Below are positions 39,563 to 47,159 of a stretch of 64,000 bases of DNA, in pieces. How positions within the stretch are numbered: position 1 is the stretch's first letter; every line of letters begins with the position of its first letter. The stretch comes from Clostridia bacterium (GTDB lineage Bacteria; Bacillota; Clostridia; Christensenellales; DTU072), in the NCBI GenBank assembly GCA_017504305.1, contig JAFVRJ010000007.1, forward strand, positions 64,774-128,773, in the 5' to 3' direction. Under the pieces are notes generated by a model. It was not told the origin of the DNA. It searched no databases and was given only the letters and a program-made list of their open reading frames with translations. The position numbers and the translations under genes were made by a program.

Positions 39563-39646
39563 AACTTGTGCACCCATTGTCTAAAGACAACGGGTACATT
39601 GTCCGTCTAATTCCAAAAGAAAAACACGCATCAATTGCGTGTTTTT
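39563..39646. repeat. Copy B of the 84-bp direct repeat. Its terminator hairpin abuts the 3' end of tRNA-Thr.
   Basis: aacttgtgcacccattgtctaaagacaacgggtacattgtccgtctaattccaaaagaaaaacacgcatcaattgcgtgttttt. In this copy the terminator stem extends to 19 bp (39612-39630 with 39636-39654) and includes the tRNA discriminator base plus CCA. Confidence 0.9.
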
Positions 39647-39650
39647 CTTT

Positions 39651-39726
<76 letters not shown>

Positions 39727-39764
39727 GCATGTTTTTTTTGCGCTCTTTCACAAGGCACTTCTAT

Positions 39765-39793
39765 ATTATATTGATACTTCAATCGATTGTCAA
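39765..39793 (-). promoter_or_regulatory. Consensus sigma-70 promoter for tRNA-Thr.
   Basis: On the minus strand: TTGACA (39793-39788), 17-nt spacer, TATAAT (39770-39765). This implies a ~30-35-nt 5' leader before the tRNA. Confidence 0.65.
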
Positions 39794-39813
39794 TTATTTT
39801 TACCTCATTTTGT

Positions 39814-39842
39814 TTTACAAAAAGTAAAAATTGTCCTATAAT
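39814..39842 (+). promoter_or_regulatory. Sigma-70-type promoter for the SIS-domain gene.
   Basis: TTTACA (39814-39819), 17-nt spacer, TATAAT (39837-39842), 31 nt upstream of the ATG. Confidence 0.55.
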
Positions 39843-39872
39843 ACAAAAGTAACTTAAAGTAGGAGATATTTT

Positions 39873-40907
39873 ATGTCGATATTGCTCAATGAGTTTTTAG
39901 CTGCACCTGACGTTGTTCGCAACGTAATTGCTGCTAATAAAAAGGTTATTGCCGAGGTCGCCAAGGAGTTTAAGGCACGCGGTATATCCAATATTACTAC
40001 CGTAGCAAGGGGAACGAGCGATAACGCCGCTACCTATTTTAAGTATATAGTTGAGGCTATAGGCGAAATCATGGTTTCAAAATTTACTCCCTCCATCACC
40101 ACGGTATATGGTGCAAAAGTAAATTTAAAAAATAACATGGTTCTTGCCATATCTCAAAGCGGTATGTCTACCGACACTATTATGGTAGTTAAGAGCGCTA
40201 AAGAAACGGGCGCTATGACGGTAGCAATTACCAATAATCCCGACTCTGACCTTGCAAAGATATGCGATTACCATATTAATTTGAACGCAGGTGTTGAGAA
40301 GAGCGTTTCTGCCACCAAAACTTTTGTAGCAGAGCTTGCAGCAACTTATATGCTTTCCAACGCTTTATCGAGCGTAACTGCTAAAATGAACCTTGCAGAG
40401 CTACCTCCGCTACTTGAGAAGTTTGTACAAGAAAATGCAGAGGGCATCGAAGCGTTTGCCGACGAAACCAAAGATATACAAAACGCTATTATCTTAACTC
40501 GCGGTTTATGCCAAAGTGCGGCAAGTGAACTTTCTCTTAAGATGATGGAAATCTGCTATAAGCTTACAAGAGCATTTTCTACTTGCGAGTTTATGCACGG
40601 TCCCATTTCTATTATTGAAGAAGGAACAAAGGTTATATTACTTGCCCCTCACTCCGAGTTTACCGAAGAATATATTAGCATGACCACAAGGCTAACGTTG
40701 CTTGGCGCGGACGTTATTGCCTTTACCGACATCCCCGAGGTTGCGCGTATGGCATATAAGAGCTACAATATGCCTCACTGCCGTGGTATGAACGCACCCT
40801 TTGTATATTCGATAGCGGTCGAATTATATTGCGCTTATATGGCAAAGGCTCTCGGCATCAACGCGGACAGCCCCCGTAACCGCAAGAAGATAACCATTAC
40901 GAAATAG
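39873..40907 (+). CDS. Double-SIS-domain sugar-phosphate isomerase/deaminase resembling the GlmS C-terminal half (AgaS/FrlB/GlmD-like). No glutaminase domain.
   Basis: AGGAG RBS. TTVARGTSDNAATYFKY and LAISQSGMSTDT (SIS S-x-S-G motif). The second SIS half has LTRGLCQSAASELSLKMMEI and EFMHGP. 344 aa. Confidence 0.7.
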   Translation: MSILLNEFLAAPDVVRNVIAANKKVIAEVAKEFKARGISNITTVARGTSDNAATYFKYIVEAIGEIMVSKFTPSITTVYGAKVNLKNNMVLAISQSGMSTDTIMVVKSAKETGAMTVAITNNPDSDLAKICDYHINLNAGVEKSVSATKTFVAELAATYMLSNALSSVTAKMNLAELPPLLEKFVQENAEGIEAFADETKDIQNAIILTRGLCQSAASELSLKMMEICYKLTRAFSTCEFMHGPISIIEEGTKVILLAPHSEFTEEYISMTTRLTLLGADVIAFTDIPEVARMAYKSYNMPHCRGMNAPFVYSIAVELYCAYMAKALGINADSPRNRKKITITK

Positions 40908-40920
40908 TTTTTTGGTAGTT

Positions 40921-40950
40921 AAAAGGAGCTCGCAAGAGCTCCTTTTTTTG
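40921..40950. terminator. Bidirectional intrinsic terminator between the convergent SIS gene and nagB.
   Basis: aaaaggagctc-gcaa-gagctcctttt followed by TTTTG. Confidence 0.8.
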
Positions 40951-41010
40951 TTTTTATCACGTTTTGATTAAGTGCCTAAATACATAATAATCCGTATCTA
41001 TAGCTACCAA

Positions 41011-41745
41011 TTAACCCTTAATGTAGTAACTTGCGGCTTCGTCTGCGATTACTATTACGTTGGGGTGTGTTTGTAGTATTGAAGCAGGACAATCGGGGGT
41101 GACGGGGCCGAGAACCATTTCCTTGATTGCTTTGGCTTTGCCTGCACCGCTTGCAAGCAATACGATGAGCTTTGCTCCCATAATATCTTGAAGGCCTAAA
41201 GTGATGGCATGGGTGGGAACTTTGCTTAAGTCGTTATCGAAGAACCTTGCGTTATCTTTACGGGTGTTTTCCTTAAGCTCTACTTTATGGGTGTTGGAGC
41301 TGAAGGCTGTGCCGGGCTCGTTAAAGCCGATATGTCCGTTGCCACCGATGCCGAGGATTTGTACGTCGATGGGATGTGCTTTTGCAAAAGCGGTATAATC
41401 GGCGCAAGCTTGGTCGACGTCATCTGCAAGTCCGTTAGGAACGTGAGTATTATTCTTATCGATATCGATATGGTCGAATAAGTTGCGGTTCATAAAGCTA
41501 CGATAGCTTTCGGGGTGCTCAACGGGGAGTCCTACGTATTCATCGAGGTTGATTGAAACCATATTTTTGTAGCTAACGTTGCCTGCTTCGTAATCTTTTA
41601 TCATTTCTTTATAAAGTCCGATGGGGGTGCTACCGGTTGCAAGGCCTAAAACGGCATCGGGCTTATTAATCAATATTTCACGAATTGCTTGATAAGCGAT
41701 TTTGCTCATTTCGTCGTAGTCTTTAGCGTGTTGTAAAACGATCAT
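41011..41745 (-). CDS. nagB: Glucosamine-6-phosphate deaminase.
   Basis: AGGAG RBS. LGLATGSTP.GLY, NLDEYVGL, ILGIGGNGHIGFNEPG, AITLG. 244 aa. Confidence 0.93.
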   Translation of the reverse strand: MIVLQHAKDYDEMSKIAYQAIREILINKPDAVLGLATGSTPIGLYKEMIKDYEAGNVSYKNMVSINLDEYVGLPVEHPESYRSFMNRNLFDHIDIDKNNTHVPNGLADDVDQACADYTAFAKAHPIDVQILGIGGNGHIGFNEPGTAFSSNTHKVELKENTRKDNARFFDNDLSKVPTHAITLGLQDIMGAKLIVLLASGAGKAKAIKEMVLGPVTPDCPASILQTHPNVIVIADEAASYYIKG

Positions 41746-41840
41746 AATTTACTCCTATTGTATAATTTATTAATTTCTTCAATATTTTAGCACGAAAAAA
41801 ACATAATTACAATAGATAATCACGCTCTTGCAATAAATCC

Positions 41841-41870
41841 TTGACAGTATATATATGTATATGTTAATAT
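41841..41870 (+). promoter_or_regulatory. Sigma-70-type promoter (extended -10) for the ABC/envelope operon.
   Basis: TTGACA (41841-41846), 18-nt spacer ending in TGT, TAATAT (41865-41870). Confidence 0.5.
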
Positions 41871-41924
41871 ACTATATATTATATATAATATTATATGCGC
41901 GCGCGAGCGCTATGCAGGAGAAAT

Positions 41925-42695
41925 ATGTTAGAAATCAGTCACTTATATAAAAAGTACATGAATAGCGAACGCTTTTCGGTAGAAGACCTTAACTTAAGCT
42001 TAAAACCCGGTGAAATATTCGGCTTCCTTGGTCAAAACGGTGCGGGTAAATCGACTACTATTAAGTGCTTGACCGGTATTTATCCCTACACCTCCGGTTC
42101 TATTACCATTTGCGGATACGATATTGCTAAAGATCCCATCAATGCAAAACTTAATATGGGTTACGTGCCCGATAATCACTCGGTTTATGAAAAGCTTACC
42201 GGTCGCGAATACGTTAACTACACCGCTGATTTATACAAAGTCAGCAAGCGCGATCGTAACGAAAGATTTGAAAAATACGTTAACCAATTCAAGCTCACCA
42301 AGGCTGTTGACTCCCAGATTAAATCGTACTCTCACGGTATGAAGCAAAAAATTTGTATTATCGCAGCGCTTATTCACAACCCCAAACTTTGGGTTTTGGA
42401 CGAGCCGATGATGGGTCTTGACCACCAATCGATGGTAGAAATCCTCAAAAGGATGGACGAGCATTGCGCTGACGGCAACACGGTATTCTTCTCATCCCAC
42501 AACCTTGATCTCGTATCCAAAATTTGTGATAGGGTAGCAATTATCAAGGACGGCCGTTTACAATGTGTTATTGATTTGCACGTAAAAGGTAATAAAGAGG
42601 CTTTGGAAACTACCTTCTGTCAAATTACCGCAACCGAGCAAGATATCATCAACGAGCAAAATACTTTAAGAAGAAACATTATTATTAACGATTAG
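41925..42695 (+). CDS. ABC transporter ATP-binding protein.
   Basis: I prefer the ATG at 41925 (AGGAG at 41916-41920) over the track start at 41895, which lies inside a GC palindrome. Walker A GQNGAGKST, signature YSHGMKQK, Walker B LWVLDEP, H-loop SSHN. Confidence 0.9.
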   Translation: MLEISHLYKKYMNSERFSVEDLNLSLKPGEIFGFLGQNGAGKSTTIKCLTGIYPYTSGSITICGYDIAKDPINAKLNMGYVPDNHSVYEKLTGREYVNYTADLYKVSKRDRNERFEKYVNQFKLTKAVDSQIKSYSHGMKQKICIIAALIHNPKLWVLDEPMMGLDHQSMVEILKRMDEHCADGNTVFFSSHNLDLVSKICDRVAIIKDGRLQCVIDLHVKGNKEALETTFCQITATEQDIINEQNTLRRNIIIND

Positions 42696-42700
42696 TCGAT

Positions 42701-44371
42701 ATGAATATTAAAACTCTGCTCAAATTAGAGCTAAAAAACAGAATGTCCGGTAACTCCTCCAAGGGTAACTCTTGGTGGAAGGCTATATTTTATATAATTT
42801 TTGCCGCTGTTGCCGTTTACGCCATATATGCTGTAGGTAAACTATTCTTTGAAATGTTTGCTAAAGCAAATATCGCATATGAAGCTTTGGTTATTTTATA
42901 TACCGTTTTCTTCTTGTTTATGACCTTTATCGGTACTTCTTCCACCATAAAGGTGCTGTATTACAAGGGCGATAACGAGATTTTGATGCGCTATCCGGTA
43001 AGTGGCGACGAGGTGTTTATTTCCAAAACCTTATTCCTCATCATTACGCAAGTTGCGCTAACGATTATCATTATAGTACCTTTCCTCTTTGCGTACGGCG
43101 AAGTAGTTTACGGAAAAATCACCAATATTTATTCTATGAATATTGATTTTTATAATATTATTCCGGCATCGGTATTTTTCTTGATAGTAATACCTTTCTT
43201 ATTGAGCAACATACTCGCTATACCGATTATGCACGTTACCAATAGGATTCGTAATAAATTTGCACTTATCATTATCGGCCTTGCTATCTGCGTGACCTTG
43301 ATGTTTGCGGCATATATGTTACTCTTTGATAAGATGGTAACCTTTATGAACGATAAAGAGTTTTCCGTTTTCGACGAGTCTTTGGTGCAAATTATTGTAG
43401 AAGTTGCCCAATATTTAATACCCACAAAGTACTTCGCAGATATTTTGATAGGGCACGAGCTTTATATCGCTTACCCCGTTTTGGTAGGTATGAGCGGTAT
43501 TTTGCTTGCCGGTACTATAGTTGTTATCATAAAACTCTATCCCAAAACCTTGCTTAACAACGTCGAGGTTGAAGGTAGCGCCTTCCGCAGAGTAACCAAA
43601 AACAGACGTCGTCCCATCTTTATGACGCTATTGCATAAGGAGTTTTTGCAAGTTTTCCGCTCGGTTAACTACTCCTTCCAATACTTCGTACTCGCTTGTG
43701 CGATGCCGGTTATGGTATATTTTTGTAACAATATCACCATGCAACTTGGTGCAAACCAAATCGGTGAGCAAATCGCTCTTGGTATGACGATGCTCGTTAT
43801 GCTTATATTTGCTACCGTCATTACCTCCTTCTCCGCTACTTCTACAAGCCGTGAAGGAGATAATTTCTATCACACCAAGGTCGCACCCGTTTCCATCAGA
43901 AAGCAACTTTTCGTTAAGTTCTTTATGTATTTAATCGTATCGGTGCTTGCTAACGGAATTTGTACCGGAGTACTTATTTTTACCAAGCAAGTAGAGATTC
44001 TTGTAGGTCTATGGCTGTTTGCGGTCGTCGAAGCTATTTCCATAGGATTAACTTTAACTTCGATGCGCTTTGATATCAAACGTCCGTATTTTAACCTTTC
44101 GGGCGAAGGCGAAGTAGTTAACAATAACGCAAGCACCACCCTTTCGGTAGCAATGGGATTTTTAGTCGCTATTGTCGAAGGCGTGCTTTGTATGTTCTTA
44201 AGTTATCTTGCAGCGGATAACTTCGTAATACCCGGCACCGATCCGGAATTCGTTATAACGCAAGAATTGATGTATATCGTATGTACTGCGTTCGCTGCGA
44301 TCTTTATGATAGGGTCGATTTTAAACTATAGTTTTAGACTTACTAAAACTTACAACAAAATCGCAAAGTAG
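42701..44371 (+). CDS. Polytopic membrane permease (putative ABC-exporter partner), 556 aa.
   Basis: It starts 6 nt after the ATPase stop. By eye there are 10 or more hydrophobic segments. No soluble domain recognised. Confidence 0.75.
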   Translation: MNIKTLLKLELKNRMSGNSSKGNSWWKAIFYIIFAAVAVYAIYAVGKLFFEMFAKANIAYEALVILYTVFFLFMTFIGTSSTIKVLYYKGDNEILMRYPVSGDEVFISKTLFLIITQVALTIIIIVPFLFAYGEVVYGKITNIYSMNIDFYNIIPASVFFLIVIPFLLSNILAIPIMHVTNRIRNKFALIIIGLAICVTLMFAAYMLLFDKMVTFMNDKEFSVFDESLVQIIVEVAQYLIPTKYFADILIGHELYIAYPVLVGMSGILLAGTIVVIIKLYPKTLLNNVEVEGSAFRRVTKNRRRPIFMTLLHKEFLQVFRSVNYSFQYFVLACAMPVMVYFCNNITMQLGANQIGEQIALGMTMLVMLIFATVITSFSATSTSREGDNFYHTKVAPVSIRKQLFVKFFMYLIVSVLANGICTGVLIFTKQVEILVGLWLFAVVEAISIGLTLTSMRFDIKRPYFNLSGEGEVVNNNASTTLSVAMGFLVAIVEGVLCMFLSYLAADNFVIPGTDPEFVITQELMYIVCTAFAAIFMIGSILNYSFRLTKTYNKIAK

Positions 44372-44447
44372 CATACCTAAACTACGCAGTTTGGGGAACC
44401 GGCGAAATGGGTTTTGCACAAAACTAAAGGAAAAATTGTGAGAAAAT

Positions 44448-47126
44448 ATGAAAAAATTCTTGATTGGAGTGATCTTCCTCATACCGATAGTGGTTGTCGT
44501 GGCGTTGAGCGCAACGGGAACTATCATTGGTTTGACAACTTCACCTAACCCGTCCGATATTATTATTAAAAATTCGGAAAACGAGGTAATAACCAAGGAT
44601 TCGAAGCCAATCCGCGTGGATTATCGCGATGATAGTGATTTCTTAATAATCGACGTATTGCCGGCGATAGTCAAGGAAGAAAACAAAGAAATTGAGTACG
44701 AGGCTGACGAAGAAGCCGGAGAAGGCAAAGTTGAGCTCGAGCGCATGGGTAATACCAATAGGTATAGGATTATTCCTAAAAAAATTGGCGTTACCAAGCT
44801 TGTAATCAACCCTAAAGCAAACGTTAGCGTTTATAAGGAAGTAACTATCCACGTTACCTCCGACACCATCGAAAGTATCGTACTTTACGATGAAAACGGA
44901 GCCGACGTAGGTAGATTCCGTGACGTAATAACGGGCGAGCGTTTTTATGCGGATATCTATCCGGTAGATGCACTACACGGCAACGAGATTGTTTGGACCA
45001 GCAGTAATGACAATGTTGCCGAAGTTAATCAAAACGGTTTGGTGACGGTTAAGGGTTTCGGCGATAGTCGTATAAAGGCAACAGTTACCGATAAGGACGG
45101 CAACACCATAAGCGCCGAGGTGGATATTAATACTCGTAACGCTATAGCATCGTCTAACGTCGTTTATACCACGTTAGAGGTCGTAGACGAGGCGTGGGTG
45201 CTTGAAAACGTTGCGCTGAGTGCAACCGATACCGAAATAGAAAACGCTTCCGAAAACCGCTTTAAATTGATTAGAGACGGTAAAGAGATGGTGGTAGAGG
45301 TCGTAACGGTTGAAGACGAAATCGGCTTTATCGATCTTCCGGAAGTCGTATATACCCGCAACGGCGGATATTTACCTACCATAGGTAACGTGGTTACCGG
45401 AGAGGTTATAGAAGGCGCGATAATAGAAGTAAGCGATGCAACCACTCTTCAAATTGAAGAAGTAACCGGTTTATTGGTACCGCAAAAAGCCGGTGAAGTA
45501 ACGGTAAAGGCAACTATAGGTGGAACTCAAATCGAAAAGGTAATAACGGTAAGAGAAAACCCGATAGCCTTCGAGCTTCAATTATCCAATGCGGACGGTA
45601 AACTCGGCATACAACGCAGTCGTACTTGGGGATATTACTTCTTGGATGAAAACCTTGCGCTTACCAATCGTTTCTTTTTCGGCCTTGCCGACAAGAGCAA
45701 CGCTTTCGACGTCGTTTGGAGCGTAAGTAACCCCGAATACGCCACCATTACTCATACCGGCGTTGGGCAAGAAATCATAATCGGTTTTAACCCTCAAGTA
45801 TGCGGTGACGCGGTAACTGTTACTGCAACCGTTAAGGTAAACAATCGCCTTATGAGTAGAGTTAAGCGTAGCTTCACCTTCAACGTTCGTAAGGAAAAGA
45901 ACACGATAAACGCCTACGACTTTGCTCAAGTTAAGTGGATAAGCGAACATCGTTATAACAACTTGGTGCTTCAAAACGACATAGAGGCAACCGAAAAGAT
46001 AGAGGCTTTTTGCGGTAGTATTTACGGCAACGGCTTCAAATACGACGGTACGAGGATAGCCTCCTTTGAGATGGACGAGGCGGCAATCCAAATGAACTAC
46101 GAGGACTTTATGAACGCATCGCGCCGTCCCGAGTGGGCGGAGGCTTATGCCACCTACGTTAGCGAAGGTAACGATCAATTCAACTTTGAAGATATCGTTA
46201 TGTTCAACGCTAACTCCATAGAGGAGTCCGGCGATAGGGGATCTGCCTTAAAAGTAAGAGGCCTTTGGGATGAAACCCGTCCTTGTTTTGATGATTTCCC
46301 GCAAGATCCGCGGGTAAACATCAAATACATGCAAGTTTACAATACCAACCGCGGTATCGAGCTTGGATATTTGAGCGACTGCGTGGTAGAGGGATGCATC
46401 CTTGGCGACAATGGTCAACATAGTATGTTCGTTTATTACTACAACGAGGAATACCGCAGATGGGGCAACAATACGCTTACTTTACGTAATAACGTATTCA
46501 AAATCTCATCCGGACCGTCGGTTATGCTGGCAAGCGTACCGGTCGGCGATGCATTGGATTCCAAAGTTAATATTGCACCTCACCTCAAAATCGAGGGCTT
46601 TATGGACGTTTATAACTGGAAAACGCAAGCGGAATTCATTACCGCAATTTCCAATCTAATAGGCGGATACCTTGCAGCCTTCGTACCCGATCCCGGACTA
46701 ATGCAACTCATCGATACCTTGCTTATGCCGGTGCTCGAAACCGTTATTGAAGAAATATCCAACGACGGAGAGTTCCAAGATAGTTACTATACTTACGCAG
46801 GCACAAAATACGTAAGTTTAGGGATTGTCGGACTGGGCGCGCTATTCACTTTCGATGCAAGTCTTATCGAAATTACCGGCAGGGGAGTTATGCTTACCGA
46901 CCTTCCCTTCCGCAATAGCGAAGGCAAAACCATCGGAACGCTCGCTTCGCTGGAGTCAACCTTCTTGGCGTTAAGCAGTAGTTTTGGATTGCCGTACGTA
47001 ACCACCGTCTCTAACCCATCCGCACTCGTATGTGCAGACTTTAGTCAGGGAGAGCCGGAAATAGATCCCGGCGATCCGGTGCCTAACAGCAAGGAGCTAT
47101 ACTCAAAGCTATTAAATGGAGAATAA
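44448..47126 (+). CDS. N-terminally anchored envelope protein, paralog 1 (892 aa). TM anchor, Big_2-type Ig domain(s), and a C-terminal right-handed parallel beta-helix (pectate-lyase-fold-like) region.
   Basis: N-terminus MKKFLIGVIFLIPIVVVVALSA. Big_2-like segment IVWTSSNDNVAEVNQNGLVTVKGFGDSRIKATVTDKDGNTISAEV. Beta-helix turns NRGIELGYLSDCVVEGCILGDNGQHSMFVYY...LRNNVFKISSGPSVML. Confidence 0.8.
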   Translation: MKKFLIGVIFLIPIVVVVALSATGTIIGLTTSPNPSDIIIKNSENEVITKDSKPIRVDYRDDSDFLIIDVLPAIVKEENKEIEYEADEEAGEGKVELERMGNTNRYRIIPKKIGVTKLVINPKANVSVYKEVTIHVTSDTIESIVLYDENGADVGRFRDVITGERFYADIYPVDALHGNEIVWTSSNDNVAEVNQNGLVTVKGFGDSRIKATVTDKDGNTISAEVDINTRNAIASSNVVYTTLEVVDEAWVLENVALSATDTEIENASENRFKLIRDGKEMVVEVVTVEDEIGFIDLPEVVYTRNGGYLPTIGNVVTGEVIEGAIIEVSDATTLQIEEVTGLLVPQKAGEVTVKATIGGTQIEKVITVRENPIAFELQLSNADGKLGIQRSRTWGYYFLDENLALTNRFFFGLADKSNAFDVVWSVSNPEYATITHTGVGQEIIIGFNPQVCGDAVTVTATVKVNNRLMSRVKRSFTFNVRKEKNTINAYDFAQVKWISEHRYNNLVLQNDIEATEKIEAFCGSIYGNGFKYDGTRIASFEMDEAAIQMNYEDFMNASRRPEWAEAYATYVSEGNDQFNFEDIVMFNANSIEESGDRGSALKVRGLWDETRPCFDDFPQDPRVNIKYMQVYNTNRGIELGYLSDCVVEGCILGDNGQHSMFVYYYNEEYRRWGNNTLTLRNNVFKISSGPSVMLASVPVGDALDSKVNIAPHLKIEGFMDVYNWKTQAEFITAISNLIGGYLAAFVPDPGLMQLIDTLLMPVLETVIEEISNDGEFQDSYYTYAGTKYVSLGIVGLGALFTFDASLIEITGRGVMLTDLPFRNSEGKTIGTLASLESTFLALSSSFGLPYVTTVSNPSALVCADFSQGEPEIDPGDPVPNSKELYSKLLNGE

Positions 47127-47159
47127 CACTTATCGCTCTGCGATAAAACAAGGATAAAT

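Noticed and set aside
39727-39872. A glmS ribozyme or other amino-sugar riboswitch upstream of the SIS gene or of the GlmM fusion (51522-51632).
   Set aside because: After the promoters, the leaders are only ~30 nt and ~55 nt long. That is too short for a glmS ribozyme, and no conserved core is recognisable.
41895-41924. Track start codons upstream of the ones I chose: 41895 for the ABC ATPase, 17738 for the acyltransferase, 27276 for the giant gene, and 51630 for the GlmM fusion.
   Set aside because: In each case a downstream ATG is preceded by a well-spaced GGAGG-type RBS. The upstream start overlaps the RBS or a GC palindrome and adds residues absent from homologs as I recall them (e.g. 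MLEISHLYKKY, MHFGTDGIRG).
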